Below are positions 46,269 to 56,063 of a stretch of 64,000 nt of DNA, in pieces. The DNA comes from an uncultured archaeon (lineage in GTDB: Archaea > Aenigmatarchaeota > Aenigmatarchaeia > QMZP01 > QMZT01): positions 26,012 to 90,011 of the forward strand of contig CAYUSU010000001.1 of NCBI GenBank assembly GCA_964447525.1, given 5' to 3'. Below the pieces are notes generated by a model, which saw only the letters and a list, made by a program, of their open reading frames with translations, made no database searches and was not told the origin of the DNA. The translations under genes were made by a program, and so were the position numbers. How positions within the stretch are numbered: position 1 is the first letter of the stretch; each line of letters starts with the position of its first letter.

Positions 46269-47063
46269 ATGAAAATAAACACAAAAAAATTAATCACTTT
46301 GGTTTTCCTAGTGGTTGTTTTAAATATGATTATCACAACTTCTGCGGAGGCGAAGATATCACTCGGTTCTGTCACCGGGATGAATCATGCAGAAGTTGAA
46401 CCTGGGGATTCAGTGGAATTAAAAATCCTTCTGTTCAACATACACGAGAGTTCAACAATGATTGTGGATTTGAATGTAGAAAGCAAACCTGACGGATGGA
46501 ATGTTCGGATAGAACCGGAGAGGATAGAGTTGCCTTATACGATACCGTCCAAATATGTCGATCAGGAATCCGGTTATGAATATCTCAGCGTCCCTAATAC
46601 CGGTGAAATGATAAAAGTGATGCCCGTCGTCGCAAGTGTGAATGTCCCGTCGAATGCGGTACCCGGGGAATATTTTGTAAATATTGTGGCTTCTGCGAGA
46701 AAAACTGGAGGAGTGTTATCGGCAGCTCAGCGCAGGAATTTTGATTTCACTGTCAGGATTTTGGATGAATCTTACGACCATCAGACCAAGGCAAAAAGCA
46801 ATAATATACCCATGGGAGGCCTTTATTCCGATCCAGAGACGGAAAAGACAAATAAATTGGTTGGTGATGAAATAATAAACAAGACAGAAGAAAAACCAGA
46901 TGAAAATGTTACTAATATAATTAAAACCGATACGGAAGAGCGACCGGATCCTGAGCCTTTGTCTGGGATAACTGGAATGATGATTTCAAGCAGTTCGGTT
47001 GTTGCTGTATTCATGTGGTTGGTGGTAATAATAGTTATTATAAAGGTGAGGAGATCCAGATGA
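46269..47063 (+). CDS. Membrane-anchored Ig-like (COG1470/NEW3-type) protein
   Basis: Signal peptide, VEPGDS, PDGWNV, VPSNAVPGEY, C-terminal TM. Confidence 0.75.
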   Translation: MKINTKKLITLVFLVVVLNMIITTSAEAKISLGSVTGMNHAEVEPGDSVELKILLFNIHESSTMIVDLNVESKPDGWNVRIEPERIELPYTIPSKYVDQESGYEYLSVPNTGEMIKVMPVVASVNVPSNAVPGEYFVNIVASARKTGGVLSAAQRRNFDFTVRILDESYDHQTKAKSNNIPMGGLYSDPETEKTNKLVGDEIINKTEEKPDENVTNIIKTDTEERPDPEPLSGITGMMISSSSVVAVFMWLVVIIVIIKVRRSR

Positions 47064-48442
47064 ACAAAAGAATTATTGTGTTTTGCTTGTTGATGATATC
47101 CGTGTTCTTAGTGTTGTCCCCTGATTTTACCGGATGGCTGACGACCAGTGGCACGCTTAGAATAGGTTTCTCTGTCGCGCAAAAAACAGATATTTGCATA
47201 ACTATTTTAGAAATTCCGGTATCCGTTCCCAGATACCAGTCAACCAGCATTACCTTCTGGGTCGAGAACTGCGGTAATTCCCCGGCTTCCGGTAATCTGC
47301 ATATATACATAATGAATTCAAACAGCAACACCACATCAGCCCATCTGGTCAGAGAATTCCCGAACATAATCCCGCTAAAATCCGTCATCCTCGTGGAGCA
47401 GTTCATTGCGAGTTTCGGACCCGGTAATTACTGGATTTCTGTCGCCTACGAAATCAACGGAACAATGTATCCCGCTAAAAACCTTACCGAGACATTCAAT
47501 GTCGTCGCTTCTTACTGCATCCCCGGGGAGGTGAAATGTTCCGGAAATGACATAATCAAGTGTTCGATGTATGGTGACACATGGGACTATGTAATGACTT
47601 GCCCCTACGACTGTCTTAACGGGGGATGCGCCTTCCTGTCCGGTGGTGCTCCGCCACCAGTTGTCCAGGGAGAACCACTGACAGACGTTTACGTAGAATA
47701 TTCCCAGAACGTCAGCCTTAATCCCGGTATGGAATTCCCGCTGATCTTCAAGGTGATCAACATAGGTGACACGGATGTTATTGACCTCACACTGAGCCTT
47801 CGTTCCAACGAAATATTTTCGGAACTGGAATCGCAATTGATTTCGGAACTGGAAATCAACGAATCAGTGGTTTTCCTCGGAGAATTGTCTGTACCGGAAA
47901 ATATCGAAGAAGGAATATATTATGTCGATTGGGAACTGACTTCAACAAAATTAAATAAAACTGGAAAAATAATGGTGAACATAACGTACTCTACAATGAA
48001 ATACAAATCAGAAAATCTGATTTCGTATTACGATTATCTTATAGAATATGTCGATGAAGAGATAGCGGACGCAAAAAGGAACGGAAAGAACGTTTCCATT
48101 CCGATGGGTCACAGCAAGGACGCTAAATTCGAACTCGCTGTCGCGAAGGAGATGCACAGGTTGGGACTTTATGAAGAAGCTATCATGCAACTTGATTTAA
48201 CAAGAAAAAAGATAAAGGATATGGTCACTACCTTGGTAAGGGCTAAATTCCTAATGAGAGAAGAGAAACCCACTGAGATAACACCGGAACCGATAATAAT
48301 AGACATCGATACACGACTTATAGCAATAGCCGTGCTTATTGTGGGAATTTCGGTAGTGATTTTCATTGCGTACAAAAAATATCTGAAGAGAAAGATGCTC
48401 CTTAGTCCGGGTAAGTGGGAACCTTCTAAAATAAAATTATAA
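47060..48442 (+). CDS. Membrane-anchored CARDB/Ig-repeat surface protein with Cys-rich domain and helical stalk
   Basis: ATGA-coupled start at 47060; Ig domains (VENCGN, VINIGD), CIPGEVKC..CPYDCLNGGC, C-terminal TM. Confidence 0.75.
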   Translation: MNKRIIVFCLLMISVFLVLSPDFTGWLTTSGTLRIGFSVAQKTDICITILEIPVSVPRYQSTSITFWVENCGNSPASGNLHIYIMNSNSNTTSAHLVREFPNIIPLKSVILVEQFIASFGPGNYWISVAYEINGTMYPAKNLTETFNVVASYCIPGEVKCSGNDIIKCSMYGDTWDYVMTCPYDCLNGGCAFLSGGAPPPVVQGEPLTDVYVEYSQNVSLNPGMEFPLIFKVINIGDTDVIDLTLSLRSNEIFSELESQLISELEINESVVFLGELSVPENIEEGIYYVDWELTSTKLNKTGKIMVNITYSTMKYKSENLISYYDYLIEYVDEEIADAKRNGKNVSIPMGHSKDAKFELAVAKEMHRLGLYEEAIMQLDLTRKKIKDMVTTLVRAKFLMREEKPTEITPEPIIIDIDTRLIAIAVLIVGISVVIFIAYKKYLKRKMLLSPGKWEPSKIKL

Positions 48443-48453
48443 AATCAAAAATA

Positions 48454-50841
48454 TCATTCGAGAACTAACGGGCTCGCTTCATGATACGTGTTCATCCTTT
48501 CTTCAATCTCTGAAACTTTCTTTTTTATCGGTCCTAATCTGTGGTTCTTACCCTTTATGTCGTCAAGTTTAATTTTTATTTTTTCTATGTCCGTTGCCAT
48601 ATCCAAAAAATCCTCTGAATCCTGCGATTGCGCTGTTTGGTCACCCCTTGGGTCGTCTTCCAGAATTTCTTTCATGTTTTCTACCCTTTCTTTCATATCT
48701 TTCCCGGATTCCATTATCCTTTCACCCAATAAATTATCTATCTGACTTTTTTCGGTTTTTATCTCTTTTGCTACCCTTTCCAGATCTTCATTGAGAATTT
48801 CAAATCTCTTCTGGTAATCAGTTACCATGTCATTGACGAATTCCTTTACCTTCTCCTTGAAATCCTTAATGTCCCTCGTTTTTTCGTTTATTACTGATCT
48901 GAACTTTTCTTGATCTGCTTTTGTCTGTGTAATGAGATCATTGGATACCTTCAGAAGCTTGTTTTTTATATCATCGCTGAAATTCTTTTGTCTATTTTCC
49001 ATGTCCCGGAATCTTTTTTCGTAAGAATTAATGTTATCTATCGCATTTGCTATTTCACTCATTGTTGATTTCTTTTCGTTTCTAAGGATATTTACTTTAT
49101 CTTCGATGTCATTCTCAGTTTGTGCCCTCAGCCTGAATATATCATCCTTGGTTTCCTTTATCTTCATGTCCATGTCGGAAACCATGTTCTTAAGCTGCTC
49201 GATAACCTCCAATTTCCCTCTGTCGTAATCCTTGCTCCATTTCATCTCTTCGAATTCGCCGATGATGCCAGAAAGTGAATTTTCCATTTCGTTTATCTTT
49301 ATTTGAAGATCGTTTACCGTTCTTCTGTTTATGTTCGGACTCTGTATTTCCAGCTTGCTGATCCTGTCTTCAAGTGTTTTCATAGACGTTGCTATCATCT
49401 TTACATCCTTCCACGCGCCGTCCTTCATCATCTTTTCCTGATTCAATTCCCCTGTAAGACCGGCTACCTTGGAATTGAGGTCGAATACTGCCTGTTTGAT
49501 GTTACTGAAACCTTTGAGCTTACCAAGATCTATATCCTCTTTCAGTTTCATCTTACCAAACTCATTTTTCATGTCAGATATCTGCATTTCCACCTCTGTT
49601 TTGAAATTGCCAAAGTTGTTTACAATCTCCTTTATTACATCTCTTTTCGTGTCCATTTCGTTTATTTTGATTTTCATCCCTTCGACAATACCCTCGAAAT
49701 CATCAATCTTGCCAAGACCCATTTTAAGGTCATCCATTGATCCTTTAACATCCATTATCTCCTGAAGCTTACCTGAAAGGTCAGTTACTTTCCTTTCCAG
49801 ATCAGATACACGTTTCTCATTCCTCGTTTCGGTTTCCTTCATCTTGTTTATGACCCGTTCGATCATTTTCATCAGGTCTTCCTTTGTTTTTTTGGTTTTG
49901 ATCGCGTCTACCCCTTCCTTTAGTTTGAGATCTTCTATCTCTTTTTTCAGATCCCTGATGGAATTTTCGGTGTTCTTGATTTTATCTAGATGATCATTGA
50001 TTTCCCTTTCACCTTCCTTTAGTTTGAATATTCTTTCGTCAAGCTCATTTTTCATCCTGTTAAGAACCTCGCCGGATTTATTGGATCTGAGCCACTCTTC
50101 ATTATCGTTTTTCATCCGTTCTATTCCTACCAGAAGGTTTTTCAGTTCTTCCTTGGTTTTTTCTACATTGTCTTTCCCGCTAACCTTTTTTATTTCCGTG
50201 CTCAGATCAGCAAGCTTTTTTGCAACATCTGATCTGAATTTCATATCCCTCATGCTCTCGGAAGGACGTTTTGAAGCCTTTGCATTTATTTCAATCTTGG
50301 CCATATGCTCAAAAACAGAATTTTTCATCTTCCCTAAACCAGCTATTTCCTTTTCATTTTTTTTGATTGATTTTTCAAGAGAATTTAATCTTGAAATTGA
50401 CATAATGTTCTTTTTGGTGTTCATCTTTTCTTCCATTTTCTTGATGTTTTCCTTCACCGAAAGAACTTCCGTGACCTTCTTTTCAAGATTGTTCTTCACG
50501 TCATCTATTTGGTTTCTGATATCAACCTTGAACTTCTCAAAATCATCAGATTTCCCGGAACCAACCCTTACATCAAGATCATCGATATGTTTTTCAAAAG
50601 AAGCTAATTTTTCTGATATCCCATTGGTTTGGTTTTTCGTGAGATCATTTTCCGTTTTCAGATCTTTTATTTTGTTTCCGACCTCTGCCCTGAACTTCAG
50701 ATCATTCATGCTGTCAGGGGACTTACCGGGGGATTTTTCTAGTTTTTCCTCTAATCTTGATACCCTTCTGGCAGTATCCATTTTAAGGTTTTCCAGTTCA
50801 CTGGTTAATTCCTTCAGCGTCTGAGCTATAGGCTTCATCAA
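48454..50841 (-). CDS. Long coiled-coil protein (6th and last of array)
   Basis: 795 aa K/E/D/L/I/M-rich heptads, no ATPase motif; ends EASPLVLE. Confidence 0.85.
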   Translation of the reverse strand: MMKPIAQTLKELTSELENLKMDTARRVSRLEEKLEKSPGKSPDSMNDLKFRAEVGNKIKDLKTENDLTKNQTNGISEKLASFEKHIDDLDVRVGSGKSDDFEKFKVDIRNQIDDVKNNLEKKVTEVLSVKENIKKMEEKMNTKKNIMSISRLNSLEKSIKKNEKEIAGLGKMKNSVFEHMAKIEINAKASKRPSESMRDMKFRSDVAKKLADLSTEIKKVSGKDNVEKTKEELKNLLVGIERMKNDNEEWLRSNKSGEVLNRMKNELDERIFKLKEGEREINDHLDKIKNTENSIRDLKKEIEDLKLKEGVDAIKTKKTKEDLMKMIERVINKMKETETRNEKRVSDLERKVTDLSGKLQEIMDVKGSMDDLKMGLGKIDDFEGIVEGMKIKINEMDTKRDVIKEIVNNFGNFKTEVEMQISDMKNEFGKMKLKEDIDLGKLKGFSNIKQAVFDLNSKVAGLTGELNQEKMMKDGAWKDVKMIATSMKTLEDRISKLEIQSPNINRRTVNDLQIKINEMENSLSGIIGEFEEMKWSKDYDRGKLEVIEQLKNMVSDMDMKIKETKDDIFRLRAQTENDIEDKVNILRNEKKSTMSEIANAIDNINSYEKRFRDMENRQKNFSDDIKNKLLKVSNDLITQTKADQEKFRSVINEKTRDIKDFKEKVKEFVNDMVTDYQKRFEILNEDLERVAKEIKTEKSQIDNLLGERIMESGKDMKERVENMKEILEDDPRGDQTAQSQDSEDFLDMATDIEKIKIKLDDIKGKNHRLGPIKKKVSEIEERMNTYHEASPLVLE

Positions 50842-51574
50842 TATCTCCTATCTTTTCTTTCAGGTCGCTTATTCCCGCCCTGACGGATTCGACCTCTTTC
50901 TTTATCTCATTTTTAAAGTCTTCCAGATCGGTAAAAGCTTCCTTGATCAGTTCATCACCTTCGGGGAATCCTCTTTCATTGATGAATGCCAAACCCTTTT
51001 CCAATGCTTGCATTCTGGCATCGATATTATCTATTTTCTGTGTGTGGCCTTCAAGGAAAGTCAGTCTGGAATCCATTGTGTTTGAGACCCTTGCTATCTC
51101 CTGAACTATCTTACTTTTCTCAAGTTTGAATTCTTTGACCCTTTCCATTACCTGCTTTGATATTATAGAAAGAGATTCAGTTGTGCTTAATTCCGCATTA
51201 TATTTTTGTATCGCTTTTTTTATTTCCGATATTTTATTTCCTATTTCCCTTTGTGATGATCTTAGTTTGTCAAAATTATCAATGGTAGATTTGAGTTCTC
51301 TATTAAAATTGGTTTCGTTCCGTTTTAACGAAGTAATGTCATTCCGCGTGTCAACGAATCTGTCCTCAACCTTATTGAAAGTCTTCCTTACCCTTTCGTC
51401 TATCCTTATGAACTTATCAATGTCAAGACCTTCTTTGTGTTTTCTTAGCGATCTCATCTCTTCCAGAACATCATTAACAATATTCTCAAGTCTCGTTATC
51501 CTCTTGTCTGCAAGTTTCCTCTCTTCCTTCATTGCCTTTATCCCTTCGAGTATTCTCATTCCTATTTCGTTCAT
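50798..51574 (-). CDS. Coiled-coil protein (5th of array)
   Basis: TAATG overlap with the upstream gene; N-terminus shared with the 4th. Confidence 0.82.
   Translation of the reverse strand: MNEIGMRILEGIKAMKEERKLADKRITRLENIVNDVLEEMRSLRKHKEGLDIDKFIRIDERVRKTFNKVEDRFVDTRNDITSLKRNETNFNRELKSTIDNFDKLRSSQREIGNKISEIKKAIQKYNAELSTTESLSIISKQVMERVKEFKLEKSKIVQEIARVSNTMDSRLTFLEGHTQKIDNIDARMQALEKGLAFINERGFPEGDELIKEAFTDLEDFKNEIKKEVESVRAGISDLKEKIGDIDEAYSSDAEGINQ
51452..51545. repeat. 94-bp exact direct repeat (partner 51943-52036)
   Basis: Encodes GIKAMKEERKLADKRITRLENIVNDVLEEMR in two adjacent genes; offset 491. Confidence 0.88.
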
Positions 51575-52065
51575 TACCTTTCCAACTCCTTAAGGATATC
51601 CTTGAGAACCTTTTCAGCTTCCATTTCCTTTTGTTTTTTTGCTTTGTCTATCTCCGGTTTCATTTTTTTCCTCACTTCTTTTTCCTTTTCAGCGATTCCT
51701 TTCTTCAGCGTTATGACCTTCTTTTTAATTTCCTCAGATTCTTTCCCCTTCTTTGCTATCTTATTTTCCATTTCCTTTCTGATTTCAGTATCCTTGGTCA
51801 CGACCTTCTTCAGTTTGGTTACATTAGCTTTCATCCTCTTTTTTTCTCTGTCTTTTTCTGACATGTCTCTTTCCATTTTTTTCATTCTAACGCTGATTTC
51901 TTTGTAATTATCATCTATTTTTGCCATCTTTTCAGAAATTATTCTCATCTCTTCCAGAACATCATTAACAATATTCTCAAGTCTCGTTATCCTCTTGTCT
52001 GCAAGTTTCCTCTCTTCCTTCATTGCCTTTATCCCTGAGGTTATTTTCATCGCAAGCTCATTCAT
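51574..52065 (-). CDS. Coiled-coil protein (4th of array), Lys-rich
   Basis: Start MNELAMK at 52065, by analogy with MNEIGMR of the next gene. Confidence 0.8.
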   Translation of the reverse strand: MNELAMKITSGIKAMKEERKLADKRITRLENIVNDVLEEMRIISEKMAKIDDNYKEISVRMKKMERDMSEKDREKKRMKANVTKLKKVVTKDTEIRKEMENKIAKKGKESEEIKKKVITLKKGIAEKEKEVRKKMKPEIDKAKKQKEMEAEKVLKDILKELER

Positions 52066-53674
52066 CAGTTTCCAGCTCCTTGAGTATGTTCTTGAGAATT
52101 TTTTCAGAATCCTTTTCTTCATCATTTCTTGTTTTTTTAAGTTTCTCTTCCATGTTATCGAGCTTTAGATTGAATGCCATTTCCATGGCCTTTGACCTGT
52201 CACTCATTTTCTTTAGTCCGGAGTTCAGTTCCCTTATTTCATTTTCCAGTACCTTCATGCTCCCAACGTTACCCACCAGTTCCGTTTGCCTGTTTCTCAG
52301 GACCCCTACCACGGAACTGGCTTCATTCACTTTTCCTTCAATCCTTTTCAGTTCCTTGAGCCAGTATTCCCTTTCCTTTAGGAATTGCTGCATCTTGATC
52401 ATTATATCCTTCTCGAATTTTTCTACTTCTGCTTTTTTGTCTGACAGGCCGCTGTTTATTTTTACCGTGTGATCATCCATTCTTCTTTCTACAGCGTTCA
52501 TCTTGCCATTAACGAAATCCTTTGTCATCTCCATTTCATTTTTCAGAGTGTTTATGGTTTGCTCGGTTTCATGCGCTTTTGATATCATATCACTCGTGTC
52601 AGATTCCGTTCTTTTTGCGAATTCATTGACGTAATCCGACATTTGTTCTGCCTTGTTCAATATGTTGGATACCTGTTCTTTGTGCTTCTCCAGCCGGTCC
52701 TTCACCCTGTATTCCAGCGATCCGAAATTCTTTTTATGTTCGATCATGTCCGCCTTTATTTCCTCGATCTTATCGTTGAGATCCTTCTTCTCATCCAGCA
52801 CCCTTTCCAGTTCCACGTAAACCTTTTCTTTTATAACCTTTGTTTCACTTATCAAATTGTCACGTAAATTGAGAAGATCATTTTTAAGATTTTCGTGAGG
52901 GTTATTTGCGCTGTGCAGCTCTTCGTTGAGTCTTTCGATTTTTTTGTCGATAATGAACTGGCTGTTGTATACCTTTGTGAAGGATTTTTTTATCGATTCG
53001 AACGTTTCCTTAAGTTTTTTGTGATCACTTTCGGATTTATTTTCCCTGTTCTTCAATTCCTTTATGTCCAGAGAAATATTTTCCAACTTTCTGGCATTCT
53101 TACCGATTGAAGATAATTCCGATTCAACGGATTCCCTGATCTTTTCAACATCCGCTTCCGTGCTGCCGTCTTCCTTTTTCAGCGCCTCGATCTCGGATGA
53201 GATTTTTTTTATGAATTCGGAATTCTTCCCGATTGAAGATAATTCCGAATTTATCATGCTCTTGATTTTGACGGTGTCGATGTCTTTTTCTTTGTTTTTG
53301 TTTTTCAGCGCTTCGATCTTGGAATAAATATCATTTATCTTATCTGTATTTTCCTTCATTGAAGAGATCCCGGATTCAATCGATCCTTTTAGTTTCATTA
53401 AACCGCTTTCTGATGTCTTGTCTTCCGCCTTAAGCCCCTTCAGTTCAAGTAAAACATCATTTATCAAATCGGATTTTTTCCCAATCGATTTTTCATTTTT
53501 TTTCATTCCCCTGATCTCGATAGAGAGATTATCTATCATTGCAGCCTGTTTTTCGATTTTTACCATCATCTCCTTGGTGAGGCTTTCATAACTATTTTTC
53601 CATTCGTCCCTCTCCTTCTTGAGTTGATCTATTTTTTCCCCAACTAACTGGAATTTGCCGTCCATGCTATTCAC
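52058..53674 (-). CDS. Coiled-coil protein (3rd of array) with 42-aa internal repeats
   Basis: SELSSIGKN repeated 42 aa apart; start GTG 53674 or ATG 53665. Confidence 0.83.
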   Translation of the reverse strand: MNSMDGKFQLVGEKIDQLKKERDEWKNSYESLTKEMMVKIEKQAAMIDNLSIEIRGMKKNEKSIGKKSDLINDVLLELKGLKAEDKTSESGLMKLKGSIESGISSMKENTDKINDIYSKIEALKNKNKEKDIDTVKIKSMINSELSSIGKNSEFIKKISSEIEALKKEDGSTEADVEKIRESVESELSSIGKNARKLENISLDIKELKNRENKSESDHKKLKETFESIKKSFTKVYNSQFIIDKKIERLNEELHSANNPHENLKNDLLNLRDNLISETKVIKEKVYVELERVLDEKKDLNDKIEEIKADMIEHKKNFGSLEYRVKDRLEKHKEQVSNILNKAEQMSDYVNEFAKRTESDTSDMISKAHETEQTINTLKNEMEMTKDFVNGKMNAVERRMDDHTVKINSGLSDKKAEVEKFEKDIMIKMQQFLKEREYWLKELKRIEGKVNEASSVVGVLRNRQTELVGNVGSMKVLENEIRELNSGLKKMSDRSKAMEMAFNLKLDNMEEKLKKTRNDEEKDSEKILKNILKELETDE

Positions 53675-56063
53675 TGAGCTTTTTAAGAAGTTCTTCCATG
53701 CCGGCCTGCTCTTCTTCGGAGACCGACAGTTCCTTGGAAAGTTTTTGCATCTTTACATTAAGATTTTCCATTTTCTGGTCAATACCGTGCTCCATCCTTT
53801 CAATTTTGTTCTCAAAGTTTTTCATTTGGTTATTGAGACCTTTTTCAATCTCTTTCCTTATAGGAGCGAGCATCGCATGTACCTCTTCCACGACGCTGCT
53901 TCTGAGTTTCATGAACTTTTCTATTTCACCATCAAGTATCTTTACCCTGTCATTGACACCGGCTTTCGCCTTTTCTATTTCTTCCATCATCTCTCCGAAT
54001 TCCTCTTTCTGTTTTTCTTCAGATTTCAAAACCCGTTTTTCTATCAAACCTGAAATTTTCCCGAGACCTTTCTTCTCTACATCCAACTCTGATTTTAGTG
54101 TCTTTATTTTGTCATCAAGCTTATCGTCAGATTCACCCATCTTATCGTCGAATTTCCTTTCGAACTTTTCTATCTCAACATCAACTATCTTGTCCGCACT
54201 CTCCATCTTCTTGTCAACGGACGAGAGTTTGGAATCTACCTTGAATACCATCTCACCGACCTTATCGTCAAACTGGTTAATGACAGACTTGACTATGTCA
54301 TTCTTTATTTTCTCACCCTTCTTTTCGAATCTTTCAATCTCCTTCCCTATCTGCTTCAAACTTTCTTCGGCCTGACCTTTCACGACAAGGAATTCCTTCA
54401 CGACCTTGTCCACGTCATTCCTTCTCTCTATCTCACCTTTCTCTATCCTTTTGTCTATCGAGACAGTAAGGCCTGAAAGATTGCCTGCAATCATGTCAAT
54501 CTGCTTCCCGAAGTCATCCATCTTTTCCTCTTCCTCCGTTTTCATTTCATCGAATCTTTCCCTTATGTTGTCCTTTATTCTTCCGAATGCTTCCTGGAGG
54601 TCCTTTCCCTTTACGATCTCCTCCTCCGAGAGTTCTTTCCTGAACCCTTCCAGCATTTTGTTTGTCTTTGTCATATCCTTTTCCACACCGTTTGCTATCA
54701 TTAATACCCTCTTGCCGATGCTCTGCCTGGCCTCTTCGATTTTTTCGGAAAAATCAACTTTCATTTTCTCGAAAGAATCTTCTATGCTTTTATCGGAACT
54801 TGTTTTTCCCCTTTCAATTTCGTTCCTCATTATTTCGATCGTCTTCTTTACACGGTTTTCGAAATCCAGCGAACCTTTCTCGTTCATTTTAAGCCACTTA
54901 TCCACTTCCTTTAGCGTATCGTTAACTATCTCCTTCTTGATTTCTTCTCCCCTTTCCGCGAATCTTTCAATCTCCTTCCCTATCTGCTTCAAACTTTCTT
55001 CGGCCTGACCTTTCACGACAAGGAATTCCTTCACGACCTTGTCCACGTCATCCTTTCTGGCTTTATCGCTTTCATCAATCTTCTTTTCCATTATGCCTGA
55101 AAGGTTTTCAATGACCTTTTTCGTGATGTTCAGGTCTCCCTGAACAGAAAACATTTTTTTGCTGAAATCATCAGCCAGCTCTTTGTTGTTGACTTTCAGT
55201 TCTTTCTCCAGCGCTCTTCTGATTGCGTCAAGGTGCTGGATGTTTTTTTCGTCATGGGCATTCCTCTCCTTCTTGACACCTTCTATCACCTTACCGAATT
55301 CGCCTCCCATATCGGTAATCCTGCCCTCGATCTCTTTTGCTCTCCTTTCGTAGGATGAAGTCATGTCTTTTAGTTTTTCGTCCAGTCCCAACTGGATATT
55401 TGAAATAAGCTTTCCGATGTATCTTTCATTCTTGGTATCCTTTTTCTCCACGTCGCTTTGTATCAGTCCTATGGCTTTACCCACTTCGGTCTTCATCTTG
55501 CTGATATCGTCATTGTTTGATTTTCTCATCTCCTCCAGGAAAGCCTTCATTCCTTTAATACTCTCGGCAAGCCCCCTATGGGTTTCCCCCAGCTTTTTGT
55601 TCACGCTTTCAGAGTCTTCCTTCCCTGACTCTATTGTAACGATCCTTTTCAGGAGTTCATCATCATATTTTGACATTTCTTTGATATTGCTCTCGAACTG
55701 CGCTTGGTTCTTCTCCAAAGTGAAAACCCCGGCCTTTATGGCACCGACCACTTTTTCAAAATCGTCTATCCTCCCCAGACCGTTCATAAGGGCTTTTTGG
55801 TGACCCCTTATCTCCGTTAGGTTGGAATCAAAATTATCAAGTTTGTTTTTGATCGGTTTGATTTGGCTATCAACAAATTCAGTAAGCTTCGTTCCCGCCT
55901 CGCTGTAGGCGTATGTTGCTTCCTTTAATTTTTCTGCAAGTGCCCTGTTCTTCTCGGAGAGCATTCCCTTCTCGTTTTTCAGCGTTTCCAGAAATTGTTT
56001 TTGCTGTTCCTTGTTATTTTTCATTTCCTTTAGTTTCGACTGAATCTCGTTCAGTTCTTTCAT
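53667..56063 (-). CDS. Long coiled-coil protein (2nd of array)
   Basis: 798 aa; ATGA overlap; internal repeat at 211-aa spacing. Confidence 0.85.
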   Translation of the reverse strand: MKELNEIQSKLKEMKNNKEQQKQFLETLKNEKGMLSEKNRALAEKLKEATYAYSEAGTKLTEFVDSQIKPIKNKLDNFDSNLTEIRGHQKALMNGLGRIDDFEKVVGAIKAGVFTLEKNQAQFESNIKEMSKYDDELLKRIVTIESGKEDSESVNKKLGETHRGLAESIKGMKAFLEEMRKSNNDDISKMKTEVGKAIGLIQSDVEKKDTKNERYIGKLISNIQLGLDEKLKDMTSSYERRAKEIEGRITDMGGEFGKVIEGVKKERNAHDEKNIQHLDAIRRALEKELKVNNKELADDFSKKMFSVQGDLNITKKVIENLSGIMEKKIDESDKARKDDVDKVVKEFLVVKGQAEESLKQIGKEIERFAERGEEIKKEIVNDTLKEVDKWLKMNEKGSLDFENRVKKTIEIMRNEIERGKTSSDKSIEDSFEKMKVDFSEKIEEARQSIGKRVLMIANGVEKDMTKTNKMLEGFRKELSEEEIVKGKDLQEAFGRIKDNIRERFDEMKTEEEEKMDDFGKQIDMIAGNLSGLTVSIDKRIEKGEIERRNDVDKVVKEFLVVKGQAEESLKQIGKEIERFEKKGEKIKNDIVKSVINQFDDKVGEMVFKVDSKLSSVDKKMESADKIVDVEIEKFERKFDDKMGESDDKLDDKIKTLKSELDVEKKGLGKISGLIEKRVLKSEEKQKEEFGEMMEEIEKAKAGVNDRVKILDGEIEKFMKLRSSVVEEVHAMLAPIRKEIEKGLNNQMKNFENKIERMEHGIDQKMENLNVKMQKLSKELSVSEEEQAGMEELLKKLSE
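54326..54418. repeat. 93-bp exact direct repeat (partner 54959-55051)
   Basis: Encodes DVDKVVKEFLVVKGQAEESLKQIGKEIERF twice; offset 633. Confidence 0.88.
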
